Notes: generated from the sequence alone by a model not told the origin. A DNA stretch of 64,000 bases from Vampirovibrionales bacterium (GCA_029262635.1 JAJCZA010000029.1:29938-93937), one strand, 5' to 3'. Positions 1 to 9,076 are shown, numbered from the stretch's first letter. Numbers and translations are program-made.

Positions 1-454
1 GAGCCATTTCTTTCATCTCCGTATCTTCTTCAGGCGTGTGAGAGTCGTCTTTGATTTCATGCGGGTTTTCCGCATCCATCATGCTATCGACAGAGAGAAT
101 TGTTTCGTAAACGGCTTCTCGAGCTTTCCCTTTCTCACCTTCGAACTCTTCGTCCGTATCTTCTTCTTTTTTGGTTTTGAGTGAATACCATTTGTACCGA
201 TAACGTAATTCGTTTCGAATGGCCCACTTGATGGCGGTAGAGAGATAGGTTACATTATATTCCGTGCCTGGATTTGAGGTCAGTAAAACGTGGATGGCGA
301 TGGCGCCAATATTGACCAACTCGCTATAATCAATCAAGTGATTGGGGAGTCGACTATATTCAACCCGAGCGACTGTCTCAATGAGGTCAACATAATCGTT
401 GACAGTCTTTTGGGGTTTTTTATCGCTTGAACTCGATGTCTTTTTTGTTGACAT
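1..454 (-). CDS. Putative sigma-70-family sigma factor (FliA/sigma-28-like), N-terminal part; gene continues beyond left edge
   Basis: Hand translation of the minus frame from ATG at 452-454 is open to position 1 (MSTKKTSSSSDKKPQKTVNDYVDLIETVARVEYSRLPNHLIDYSELVNIGAIAIHVLLTS...TYLSTAIKWAIRNELRYRY...). The IGxIGL...TYAxxWIRxxI pattern matches sigma region 2.1-2.2. It is absent from the ORF track because there is no in-window stop. An acidic insertion follows region 2.2, which lowers confidence. Confidence 0.4.
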   Translation of the reverse strand, partial: MSTKKTSSSSDKKPQKTVNDYVDLIETVARVEYSRLPNHLIDYSELVNIGAIAIHVLLTSNPGTEYNVTYLSTAIKWAIRNELRYRYKWYSLKTKKEEDTDEEFEGEKGKAREAVYETILSVDSMMDAENPHEIKDDSHTPEEDTEMKEMA

Positions 455-1348
455 AAACTTGTTTCAGGTAAATATTACCACTTTGAAACCTTATAAAACC
501 ATTACGGGATCAATTCTACACTGAATACACAAGTTTGAACCAACTCTCTTTAGAGTATTTTCTTTTTTTTAGATGAAAAGTTCTTCTAAAAAAGGCTGTT
601 GACTTGGGCCAAGAACAAAATTTTTCAGTTTAGATAGGCTTTTTAAGGATTTTTCTTTTCTTCGGAGCGACTGCCGGAGCGACTCCTGAATAAATTCAGA
701 CGATGGCTTTTTCTTATCAAAATCAATGAAGTCCATTAGTCATTCATCCTTGGCTCGTGGGGTTGGGATTGGGTGAATTACTCTACTACTATTTAAATAA
801 AAACCAGTAATGAGAAAAAAGTTTGTTATTTTAAAAGAAATGTTGCAAAATTTTACATCCAAATAATATATTATTTATATATAAAATTAAATCATGATAC
901 AACTTGTTCGAGTGAGTCAGGCTGGCTCCGTTGGCTTAACAAATCTTTTTGTTGAGGAGCTTTTACAAAGTATCGTCAGAGGGATGGCATTACGTTAAAA
1001 TTACCTCTAATCTGATACGGAGAATGAGAAAAGGAAAGCCATTCGAGTGAGTTTACTTCATCCGTCCTGGAATAAACAGGCCTACTCTTTGGAAACAGAA
1101 GACTGGGAAGCCACTCTTGACAAGCTTTCGCGTCAACTTTGTTCTAAAAAGGAGTTAGCGCATCACACAAGGCGGCAAGAGATGTATGTCCGTAATGGGG
1201 TGACCCGTGTTAAACTTTTCCCCATTTGGCGGCGATATCGACGTAAAGCGGAGCGAGTGGTTCGTATTCAGAGCGCTTTCCCTATTCTCCGCCGTTTTCC
1301 CCTCTGCGTATCCAGTTTTATCAGCGATATCCTGGAATAGGCGCTTCT

Positions 1349-2077
1349 CTAGAATAAAGCTATTTGCGCTTCCCGGACAGCTTTATAATGGATCCGGTGA
1401 AGAGGGGTTGGTCCAAGCTCTAAAATAGCTCGTTTATGTGTCGGTGTCGGGTAACCCATGTTGGTTTCCCAGGAATAGCCAGGATAGTCTTTCGCCCAGG
1501 CAATTATTTGTTGATCTCTCAGGTGTTTGGCGATGATTGAGGCCCCTGCAATGACCGCTGAACGGCCATCCCCCTTGATGATGGCTTTTTGTTTGTTAAG
1601 CTCTACACCGGGAAGTAAGGCTTTTCCATCTAATAAGAGAAGGGTTCCATTACCGTCGGGCTGCTTTAGTGTGTTGAGAACGTTTTGGTAAGCTCGGTAA
1701 GAGGCCAATAGAGAGGCATGGTAGACATTATGCTCATCGACCTCTTCTTTCTGGGCAATGCCCACACCATAGACACAATGTGTTTGCAGGGTGCTGCACA
1801 ATTGTTTTCGAGCTGCTGCTGAGACTTGCTTGGAATCGTTGAGTTCTGTTAATAATTCGAGAAAAATGGTCTCTAGTATCTTGGGAAAACAGACCGCCGC
1901 CGCATAGATTGGGCCGACACAACTGCCTCGGCCCACTTCGTCGATTCCGATAAGCCGGGTGTCTGCCGGGAAATCTGTTAGAATGCTCTGGTCAAAAGCA
2001 AGTAATTCGGGCAGTTTACTGGTTTGTTTCCGTGTTTTTCTTTTCTCTTTCACTCTCGACTTTGTTTTCGTTGGCAT
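1349..2077 (-). CDS. rnhB: Ribonuclease HII
   Basis: GIDEVGRGSCVGPIYAAAVCF and LLLDGKALLP...GDGRSAVIAGASIIAKHLRD are RNase HII motifs. It lies downstream of rbgA as in the Bacillus ylqF-rnhB arrangement. A Lys-rich N-terminal extension overlaps rbgA by 62 nt, so the true start may be internal. Confidence 0.88.
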   Translation of the reverse strand: MPTKTKSRVKEKRKTRKQTSKLPELLAFDQSILTDFPADTRLIGIDEVGRGSCVGPIYAAAVCFPKILETIFLELLTELNDSKQVSAAARKQLCSTLQTHCVYGVGIAQKEEVDEHNVYHASLLASYRAYQNVLNTLKQPDGNGTLLLLDGKALLPGVELNKQKAIIKGDGRSAVIAGASIIAKHLRDQQIIAWAKDYPGYSWETNMGYPTPTHKRAILELGPTPLHRIHYKAVREAQIALF

Positions 2078-2915
2078 GTTCCAGTGTTATCCTTCCTAAA
2101 CGTCCTTGACGAAAATCGCTGAGAACGGCACGGGCGGCTCTGGTTTTGTCGCATTCGTTGCCGGCCATTTTGTAGTTTCTGCTTTCGGCAATGGAAAGCA
2201 GAGCTAAGGGTGTCTCTGGTGACAGTTGATAGTGTTGGTGGCAAATACCGGGATAATTTGCCTCTAGGTGATTGAGAAGGAAAAGTGCTACTTCCTCTTC
2301 ATCATAGGCGGCCTCACCGACAGAACTTACACAGGCAAGTAATGCACCGGACTCTTCGGAATCCAACGAGGGTGGAATGACACCGGGCGTGTCGAGTAAT
2401 TCCACTTGTTCATGGATACGAACCCATTGAGTCGCACGAGTAACACCCGCTTTGTGACCGGTTTTTGTTTTTTTACGGGCCACGATGCTGTTAATCACGG
2501 TTGATTTTCCTACATTCGGCATTCCTACAACGAGTACCCGAATCGGGCGGCGCTTGAGTCCTTTAGCCTCTCGTTTTTTCATGGCGATTTCACCTAAATG
2601 AATCAAGGTGTTGATTAAGTTTTTCCGTTTTCCTCCCCTTAGAGACTCATATAGCATTATTCCGTCGGTGCTGCCTTTTAAGCACTCTCGCCAACGCTTA
2701 TTCTGCTCAGGATCCGCCAAATCAGTTTTGTTTAATAGCAACAGGGTTGGTCGATGAGTATACCGTTTACGAAGTCGGGGATTGAGGGTTGAAATGGGCA
2801 GACGGGCATCCACAACTTCAATGACCACGTCCACGAGCTTGAGCGATTCGCCCAACTTGCGTTCCATCTTGGCAATGTGTCCTGGATACCATTGGATTTT
2901 TGGCATAATGTTCAT
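2016..2915 (-). CDS. rbgA: Ribosome biogenesis GTPase A (YlqF/RbgA)
   Basis: N-terminus MPKIQWYPGHIAKMERK. Circularly permuted GTPase motifs (LLLNKTDLAD; GMPNVGKSTVINS; DTPGV). Confidence 0.9.
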   Translation of the reverse strand: MNIMPKIQWYPGHIAKMERKLGESLKLVDVVIEVVDARLPISTLNPRLRKRYTHRPTLLLLNKTDLADPEQNKRWRECLKGSTDGIMLYESLRGGKRKNLINTLIHLGEIAMKKREAKGLKRRPIRVLVVGMPNVGKSTVINSIVARKKTKTGHKAGVTRATQWVRIHEQVELLDTPGVIPPSLDSEESGALLACVSSVGEAAYDEEEVALFLLNHLEANYPGICHQHYQLSPETPLALLSIAESRNYKMAGNECDKTRAARAVLSDFRQGRLGRITLEHANENKVESEREKKNTETNQ

Positions 2916-2963
2916 TTTACCTGAAACAAGGTTACTGCTTTTATTTTTTAGGGGCTCATAAAT

Positions 2964-2992
2964 TTGAATCGCTTTACAAGGGTATGTATAAT
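2964..2992 (+). promoter_or_regulatory. Sigma-70-type promoter (TTGAAT-17 nt-TATAAT with TG extended -10) driving the 3043 ORF
   Basis: TTGAAT at 2964-2969, a 17-nt spacer ending in TG, TATAAT at 2987-2992, then GGAG about 13 nt before the start at 3043. Confidence 0.5.
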
Positions 2993-3042
2993 GAGTTTTA
3001 CTCTCTTTTTAATAGCGATAATATACGAATTGGAGCTTTCTC

Positions 3043-3441
3043 ATGGTGATGAGCTCGTCCCAAATTCAGTTTGAAGGCCTTAACCCACGTCTGATTGGCG
3101 GCATTGTGACGGCGAGTTTACCGGTGGGGTATGTGATTAAAAAACATATGGACTGGGAAGAAACGGAACAGGCAAAAAAACGGATGCTAACCCATCACCT
3201 GATTTTTTGGGGTAGTTTTTCGTTAGGGCTTTGGGTTGCTCATCGTACTTTTTTCGCTAGGGTTTCCAATATTCAAAAAGGGCTTCGATATCTAGCGGGC
3301 GGTTTGGTTGGCGCTCAAGGATTCACAAGCGGGGAATGGCTGGGGAAATACTTTTTTCCCTATCAAGCCAAGCCGGCAACGGGTCCTCAGCGAGACCGGT
3401 ATATCCCAACTTACCTGCGGCAAATGAATTATCAAGGATAA
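3043..3441 (+). CDS. Hypothetical small membrane protein (opposite-strand insertion between rplS and rbgA)
   Basis: 132-aa ORF with a hydrophobic segment (LIFWGSFSLGLWVAH), its own promoter and an RBS. No recognisable family. Confidence 0.5.
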   Translation: MVMSSSQIQFEGLNPRLIGGIVTASLPVGYVIKKHMDWEETEQAKKRMLTHHLIFWGSFSLGLWVAHRTFFARVSNIQKGLRYLAGGLVGAQGFTSGEWLGKYFFPYQAKPATGPQRDRYIPTYLRQMNYQG

Positions 3442-3506
3442 AACCACTAAAAAAGCGTTTGAACACTAAAGGACTCAAACGCTTTTAGATAGTTTAAAAA
3501 CCTGTA

Positions 3507-3995
3507 CTATTCGTTGGTGGCTTCGGCAGGTTGCTCTGATGGTGTTTCTGTTGAAGCTGATGGAACCTTAGGTTCAGCGGGTGCTTCAGGCTTTTGAGCT
3601 TGAGTGCCTTTTTTCTTTTTTGAAGGTTCAGTCGGGAGAGTCGCGCCTACTTTTTCACGAATCCGAGCGGCCTTACCAGAGCGCCCACGCATATAGTAGA
3701 GGCGGGCTTGACGAACATCACCCCGACGAAGCACTTTAATGCTAGCGACCTTAGGTGAGTGAAGCAAGAAAATTCGCTCAACGCCAACGCCTTGGAATAC
3801 CCGTCGAACAGTAACCGTTTTACTGGTGCCGTGGCCGGCGATGCGAATCACAACCCCTTCGTAGTTCTGAACTCGTTCTTTTTTTCCTTCTCGGATGAGA
3901 ACCCCGACTTTCACCGTGTCTCCGGGAGACAGTTCGGGAATATCCGATTTTAGGTACTCTTGTTCAATGTCTTTAATAATATCAGTGACCATGGG
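3507..3995 (-). CDS. rplS: 50S ribosomal protein L19 with about 50-aa Lys/Pro/Glu/Ala-rich C-terminal extension
   Basis: [15 protein letters not shown]...[26 protein letters not shown]...[26 protein letters not shown] aligns to E. coli L19 from its Met. AAGGA sits 9 nt upstream of ATG at 3995. The track ORF start at 4052 adds 19 unlikely residues. Confidence 0.9.
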   Translation of the reverse strand, partial: PMVTDIIKDIEQEYLKSDIPELSPGDTVKVGVLIREGKKERVQNYEGVVIRIAGHGTSKTVTVRRVFQGVGVERIFLLHSPKVASIKVLRRGDVRQARLYYMRGRSGKAARIREKVGATLPTEPSKKKKGTQAQKPEAPAEPKVPSASTETPSEQPAEATNE

Positions 3996-4144
3996 CTTAA
4001 ATCCTTGTTGGTGAGGTGTGCAGTAAAACAGACGAACATTGTAACGAATCAAGTGATAATAGCAAGGGCCTGTTTGGATTTATTCCAATCGCGTTACGCT
4101 CCATTTATTTTTGGGTAACTCCACGACAACGGACAGAGGGCAAG

Positions 4145-4600
4145 CTACCAATACAGCGAGGGGCCAGCTAGTTTAAATGCCCAGGCGATGAGCATTGCGA
4201 GTACTATCAGCAAAAGAATCCTGCTCACTCCGATAAGGTGAAGTCCCCTCAAGACTTTTCGAGGCCAAATCAGGCTAATGGTCATAAAGCTGAGTACACC
4301 CCAAAATAAAGGGATGCTTAGGGGGTGGAATCGGAATGCCTCGCTGAATTCACCGTGAGTAATAAGGACCATGGCACGAGTCATCCCACATCCAGCACAG
4401 GGGTAACTTGTTATGTGTTTAAACAGACAGGTTTCCGGTAGTAAAGGGATTCCCATGTGATTATGAGGAAAAGCCCCCAGTATAACGGGTTGAAAAACCA
4501 GCCAGGAATACCCGACAATACCAAGCATGAGCCCAAGGCATAAAACGTTTAGTGTGATTAATAGAATGCGGCCATCGGGAGATAGGGTGTTTTTCCACAA
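4145..4600 (-). CDS. DUF2752-family membrane protein
   Basis: Polytopic membrane protein with a CAGCGMTRA motif (CxxCGxTR) typical of DUF2752. Confidence 0.6.
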   Translation of the reverse strand: MWKNTLSPDGRILLITLNVLCLGLMLGIVGYSWLVFQPVILGAFPHNHMGIPLLPETCLFKHITSYPCAGCGMTRAMVLITHGEFSEAFRFHPLSIPLFWGVLSFMTISLIWPRKVLRGLHLIGVSRILLLIVLAMLIAWAFKLAGPSLYW

Positions 4601-4655
4601 AATTTAAAAACTCCCACTCAAAATTATTGATAAGCAAGAGTATACCGGGCTTTCG

Positions 4656-6854
4656 CTATGGGGTCAACTCGTTTAAATAGACTCTTGTAGGTTTTTTTAG
4701 TGTTTTAACGCCAATCAGCGCTAGGATGGTGCCAATTTCGTAGGCGTTCGGATCCGGGACGGCGTATTCAGCCTTACTTCCTATTAAGACTCGAATCCCT
4801 TCGTCAGACGCGTTGCTCAATGCTTTTAACATTTCATCGCTGTTGGTTAATGCTTTTCTGAGCTGAGTTTGGGCACTTTCTCGGTTGTTATTTAATATTT
4901 TTGTTAATTGAGTCAATAGGCTGTCGATTGTATAGGATGGGGTCTTGGAGGTTTGGATTGCTTGCAGGAGTTGTTCTCCCAGCTTCGGGTCGAATGCCTC
5001 AAACCCTTTTCGTAGCCGTTCTTCCATGGTCATAACCCCAATGGGTAAATGGCCATCACCATAACCATTCAATAATAAAACCGGTTGCTTTCCTTGAGGA
5101 ATCTTTTTGTTTCGTAGTCTTTGTGTTGCATCGGTCAGCACATCCGGCTCAATACCTGGAAAAATGGTAATAAACTCACCGGTTTCGTAAAACGCTTTAG
5201 GAATATGTAGGGTATTCTGTTGAATAAGTTCCCGATCCATAACCTCGCCGGCGTAATTTTCCCAGAGATCAGTGCGTGTAAATAAATCTCTTCCCTTATC
5301 TCGTGCTAAAAGAGCCGATAGCTTGATGCGCAGTTGTGAGGGTAAAATAAAGTCACACCCCTCAGACGCGTCTTTCATGGGTTTCTTTTGCTCGGTTTCA
5401 ATAATAAAAATCCCTTTTGAGGCGAGCTCTTCGATTTCCTGTTTAAACGCTTTATAATACCGGTGGGCGTATAGATTTCCTTCAATAACTGCGCCAGAAC
5501 CTTTTCCTTTGCTTTCCAGTCGCTTCACCAAATTATTAAATACATTTTTGGGTGTGCTTTTGTCGATGTTGATGTGTTCCACATACGTGGGTTTAAAGCC
5601 ATAAGACGGGAAAAAATCATTGACGTGAATATCCTGGCTTCTTTTTGCCAGAATCTTTTCCCACTCGTCTAAAAAGGCGGTGTCGAAAAAGATTTTTCCT
5701 TGTTCATCAAAATAGCCGACTGGGCGGTCATCTATGCTGGCAAAATAGGAGGCAGGGCCTGGTTTTCGCCAGGGTTTCTTTGAGCTGTAGGGGGTTTCAC
5801 CATCCGGCTTCCAGGGCTTTGTATTTATTTTTTTCACTCGGGTGGCTAAATGGATCTCTCTGCCAATAATCACATAGGTTCCAATGGGGACCGACACGTT
5901 TTTAGCCAGTTCTTCCGCATTTTTCTTGTTGGTAACGGCGTCTGTGCCGGGTTCTTCTTCCGTGGCGTAAGAGCCTGTTATTCCCATGACTTTGGGCAGC
6001 ATCAGGTAAGCGGAAAGGGAAGCGTCTTCGTCCAGGGTATCGGTTCCATGGGAAGCATAGAGCCCTGGACCACTCGGGTGGGGAAAGTCATAGTAGATAG
6101 AGATCTCTTCTGCGGGAATATAGTTTCCGGGTGTACCTAATATGATTCTTTTCTCTTTAATGGCTTTAAGATCTCTGATGACCGCTTTTCCCAGAGTGTC
6201 TAAAAAAGTGGCCTGGGTTTTTGGAGTTTGGTTTGAACTATCCAGTGTTGGAATCTCAGGATAGACAACAATTCGCTTTATTGGGATTGTACCGGTGCGA
6301 AGTGTACGAACAATGCCGGTACCCATGTTGGGGGCTTTGTCTGTTACCCGGGTGCCGGTCTTTGAATCCACGCGCATTACGATGGTGCCGCCCGTCTCTA
6401 ATTCATCGGGCTGACTGTTCTCTTCAAGCCATTGCGTAAAAAGGGTAACCACAGAATCTCGGTTCTTTTTAGGGGTTCTTTCAATAAAATCAAGAAATAG
6501 ACCGAACCTTCCACTAGCGGGGTTAAGGCCAAGCCGCTTAAAAAATTGTTGTATTGCTCGTTTCTCTTCTGAAGATAAAGAGGCGGGTGGGGTTTTCCCC
6601 GAAAAGAAAACATCGCTAGAAGACCTCTGATGGGAGAATAGAGGAACCTTCAGAGAGGCCTTGCGTACAAGTGAATTGTTATATTGAGGGTTATGCCCCT
6701 TTATTCCGGTCATTGTTTTCATGTGAAATAGATGACTTTCGGTTGGTTTTATCCCGTTGATTATGACATGGATAACGGATCCTATTAGAATGAAGCCTCT
6801 AAATTTTATAAAGTGCCTTGGCCGTATCATGACGTTACAAAAATTAATAAACAA
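4656..6854 (-). CDS. Large orphan secreted/membrane-anchored protein (about 730 aa), function unknown
   Basis: Long ORF with consistent coding bias and a signal-peptide-like segment (MIRPRHFIKFRGFILIGSVIHVIING) from an internal Met at about 6830. I recognise no catalytic motifs. Confidence 0.6.
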   Translation of the reverse strand: MFINFCNVMIRPRHFIKFRGFILIGSVIHVIINGIKPTESHLFHMKTMTGIKGHNPQYNNSLVRKASLKVPLFSHQRSSSDVFFSGKTPPASLSSEEKRAIQQFFKRLGLNPASGRFGLFLDFIERTPKKNRDSVVTLFTQWLEENSQPDELETGGTIVMRVDSKTGTRVTDKAPNMGTGIVRTLRTGTIPIKRIVVYPEIPTLDSSNQTPKTQATFLDTLGKAVIRDLKAIKEKRIILGTPGNYIPAEEISIYYDFPHPSGPGLYASHGTDTLDEDASLSAYLMLPKVMGITGSYATEEEPGTDAVTNKKNAEELAKNVSVPIGTYVIIGREIHLATRVKKINTKPWKPDGETPYSSKKPWRKPGPASYFASIDDRPVGYFDEQGKIFFDTAFLDEWEKILAKRSQDIHVNDFFPSYGFKPTYVEHINIDKSTPKNVFNNLVKRLESKGKGSGAVIEGNLYAHRYYKAFKQEIEELASKGIFIIETEQKKPMKDASEGCDFILPSQLRIKLSALLARDKGRDLFTRTDLWENYAGEVMDRELIQQNTLHIPKAFYETGEFITIFPGIEPDVLTDATQRLRNKKIPQGKQPVLLLNGYGDGHLPIGVMTMEERLRKGFEAFDPKLGEQLLQAIQTSKTPSYTIDSLLTQLTKILNNNRESAQTQLRKALTNSDEMLKALSNASDEGIRVLIGSKAEYAVPDPNAYEIGTILALIGVKTLKKPTRVYLNELTP

Positions 6855-7006
6855 GAAAGCAAGGCCTTTGAGATGGGGTTTTATGGACTTTTTGTTTATT
6901 ATGTGTTAAAATTATATTGGTATAATTCCTTGTAATCACCATTCTAGAGAGATCTTGGCAAAATCTTTCGTGCTTTGTATTAACAAACCTGAATGAGAGG
7001 GAACCC

Positions 7007-7507
7007 TTGCGTCAGGTTCTTTTGCTAAATTCATCTTACGAGCCCCTGAATGTCTGTTCGTGGAGGCGTGCCGTTGTCCTGATGGTCAAAGGCAAGGCCG
7101 TGGCCTTGGAAGTGGAGCAACAGCAGAATTTAGGCAGTGGCATTAATCTACCTTTGGTGATTCGCCTGCTTTATTACGTGAAGATTCCCCATAAGGATAT
7201 TCCATTGACCCGGCGCAATGTTATGCATCGGGACCATTATATGTGCCAATATTGCGGAAAAAAATCGGATTTGACCATTGATCATGTGATTCCACGTTCT
7301 AAAGGCGGGCAGGATCGATGGGATAACGTGGTGGTAGCCTGCCTAAAGTGCAATGTGGGTAAAGGAAGCAAGAGTGTGAAAGAGGCGGGACTCACGTTAA
7401 AAAATAAGCCGGTTCGTCCCCAGTATTTTATGCATTTTGAGTTGTCAAAGCATCGTAACCGGGCTTTAAGAACGGATGAACGGTGGCAGAAGTACCTGTT
7501 TTTCTAA
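7007..7507 (+). CDS. HNH endonuclease (stand-alone, McrA-like)
   Basis: HRDHYMCQYCGKKSDLTIDHVIPRSKGGQDRWDNVVVACLKCNVGKG is an HNH motif with paired Cys. TTG start, with GAGGGA 5 nt upstream. Confidence 0.8.
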   Translation: MRQVLLLNSSYEPLNVCSWRRAVVLMVKGKAVALEVEQQQNLGSGINLPLVIRLLYYVKIPHKDIPLTRRNVMHRDHYMCQYCGKKSDLTIDHVIPRSKGGQDRWDNVVVACLKCNVGKGSKSVKEAGLTLKNKPVRPQYFMHFELSKHRNRALRTDERWQKYLFF

Positions 7508-7532
7508 CGATTAATTTTTAGAGCTCAAGAGC

Positions 7533-7811
7533 TTAATTTTTACGTAATCGTTCACGAAGGCTGGTTAAACATTGGGTTTCCTCGCCAGGACGAATCTGCC
7601 CTTCGGCATCGACGTGGGCTTTAATGGCCTTAATCATCTCGATAATGTCATCGTAGTTGAGTGAGCCGTCGTTGTTGAGGTCAAGCCGCTTTTTTTCGTC
7701 CGGTGAAAGCTGATTAAAGAGTGCCTTGTTTTGCACTAAGTTTCGTAAAATAGCCAGATCGTTTTGGTCGACTTTGCCGTCACCATCAAGATCGCCGAAC
7801 CGCTTGTCCAT
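7533..7811 (-). CDS. Stand-alone dockerin-like / EF-hand Ca-binding protein (92 aa)
   Basis: Two about 22-aa Ca-binding repeats: GDLDGDGKVDQNDLAILRNLV and LDLNNDGSLNYDDIIEMIKAI. No signal peptide and no catalytic domain. Confidence 0.6.
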   Translation of the reverse strand: MDKRFGDLDGDGKVDQNDLAILRNLVQNKALFNQLSPDEKKRLDLNNDGSLNYDDIIEMIKAIKAHVDAEGQIRPGEETQCLTSLRERLRKN

Positions 7812-8100
7812 AAGATTGAGTCTCCATTCCTCTTAAAAACTGATAGTCCTGAAAAGTGGGGGCGTGTTTGAAAAAGACTTCTTTGGCTGAATAAGCCGTC
7901 TGAGGTGTTGGAGCGAAGGTGCCATGAACTAACTGAGTCATTCCAATGGGGCGTTCTTCTTCTTCAAAAATCAAATCTTCCAAGGCCTCGCCAATCATTG
8001 AGAAAAGGCTTTGGTGTGGGCGCAATTCCTCTTGAAATGCGATTGTGTCATGATTAGAAAAACTTGGATTGGATGTGATAAATTTCATGTTATTCGCCAT
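7786..8100 (-). CDS. Hypothetical protein (104 aa), upstream of and overlapping the dockerin-like ORF
   Basis: ORF on the same strand as 7533-7811 with a 26-nt overlap. Protein-like composition, no known motifs. Confidence 0.35.
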   Translation of the reverse strand: MANNMKFITSNPSFSNHDTIAFQEELRPHQSLFSMIGEALEDLIFEEEERPIGMTQLVHGTFAPTPQTAYSAKEVFFKHAPTFQDYQFLRGMETQSYGQAVRRS

Positions 8101-8291
8101 ACCATAGATTTCCTCACAGTTTCCGACTTCTTAGCCCCACCGGTGTTTTTTGTTCGTTTTTTCGAACACCCCTCTTATTTTCGGGTCGTGAAAATTCTTT
8201 GGGGTGGGTGACCTTCCAGATAATAATCATTTTAATCCAGATTACAATAAAGTGCCCGAAAAGCCGATAAAAACAGGAAAACTTACGCCAT

Positions 8292-8807
8292 ATGAAGGAA
8301 TCCCACACGCGAAGCTCTTCCTCTGCTCATCATCGTTGGATGGAAATATGTCTGGGGCTAGCCGAAAACGCCCTTCCAGAAGATGTCCCGGTGGGCGCAA
8401 TACTTTTGTATGAGGGTGAAATAATTGCTCAAGCTTGTAATTGGCGGGAAAGGGATCAAAATCCGGTGGGTCATGCGGAGATCTCAGTTCTGCAAGAGGC
8501 GTCGAAAAAACTGGGGCGTTGGCGACTGACAAATACAACGCTGGTTGTTACTCTTGAGCCTTGTCCGATGTGTGCTTCAGCTATTTTACAAGCTCGGGTA
8601 GCTCAGGTGGTGTTTGGTGCTTATGATCCGCTTATGGGAGCTTGCGGGAGCAAGTATCATTTGTTTAATGATGCCCGTGCCAAGACTCGGATCACAGGAG
8701 GGGTGTTGGAAGGCCCGTGTGCTAAACTTTTACGCGATTTTTTTAGGGGAACAGGCGGCCAGCTTTCCTTTGATAAAAGAGAAAAACTGTCATGGGACCT
8801 GTTTTAG
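8292..8807 (+). CDS. tadA: tRNA-specific adenosine deaminase
   Basis: HAEISVLQEA...LVVTLEPCPMCASAIL matches the CDA zinc motifs H(A)E and PCxxC. An alternative start at ATG 8340 gives a canonical 155-aa protein. Confidence 0.88.
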   Translation: MKESHTRSSSSAHHRWMEICLGLAENALPEDVPVGAILLYEGEIIAQACNWRERDQNPVGHAEISVLQEASKKLGRWRLTNTTLVVTLEPCPMCASAILQARVAQVVFGAYDPLMGACGSKYHLFNDARAKTRITGGVLEGPCAKLLRDFFRGTGGQLSFDKREKLSWDLF

Positions 8808-8938
8808 ATGCTAAATCCCTCCTCTACTTAAAGGAACTCCCACACGAAAATGAGATAATTCGATATAATAATAGTTCTAGTGACATGCGGCACAGGAATA
8901 AACGAATAGGACTCAATAAAGTAGAAGGATAGGCCATT

Positions 8939-9076
8939 GTGAGTGAATACGTTTTTAAATTAAAAAAAGGGGATTTGGAGCTTGAGTTAAAAAGTGATGA
9001 CTCGAAGTTCATTGAAACCCAGATGGATAATTGGCGAAACATGCTCATTACTCAGGAAGATGATAAAAAAGATTAG
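8939..9076 (+). CDS. Small protein (45 aa) paralogous to the N-terminal module of the downstream Pro/Gln-rich protein
   Basis: GTG start with GAAGGA 10 nt upstream (hand-found; below the ORF-track size cutoff). YVFKLKKGDLELELKSDDSKFIETQMDNWRNMLI aligns to YEIVINKDELLIELSSDDVYFISKQMDKWFKILL of the 9115 ORF. Confidence 0.45.
   Translation: MSEYVFKLKKGDLELELKSDDSKFIETQMDNWRNMLITQEDDKKD

Noticed and set aside
463-1047. RNase P, tmRNA, SRP or 6S RNA in the long AT-rich intergenic regions (also 11435-11744, 37674-38198, 48226-48714)
   Set aside because: I searched by eye for the conserved cores. These were GGTTCGANTCC...CCA and a tag ORF for tmRNA, GNARNA-AGGAAG...GGUGCUGUUU for SRP, and AGGAAAGUCCGGGCUC for RNase P. 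None was found. An Rfam scan would be needed to exclude them fully.
1047-1428. Two track ORFs (97 and 73 aa) in the gap between the sigma-factor gene and rnhB
   Set aside because: Arg-rich, low-complexity translations that overlap each other, with no RBS or promoter support. More likely non-coding leader or UTR. A small basic protein cannot be excluded.
8011-8538. Overlapping small ORFs (8011-8211, 8114-8308, 8204-8413, 8242-8538) around the tadA promoter
   Set aside because: Mutually overlapping in several frames within promoter/5' DNA and inside tadA. None has start-site support.
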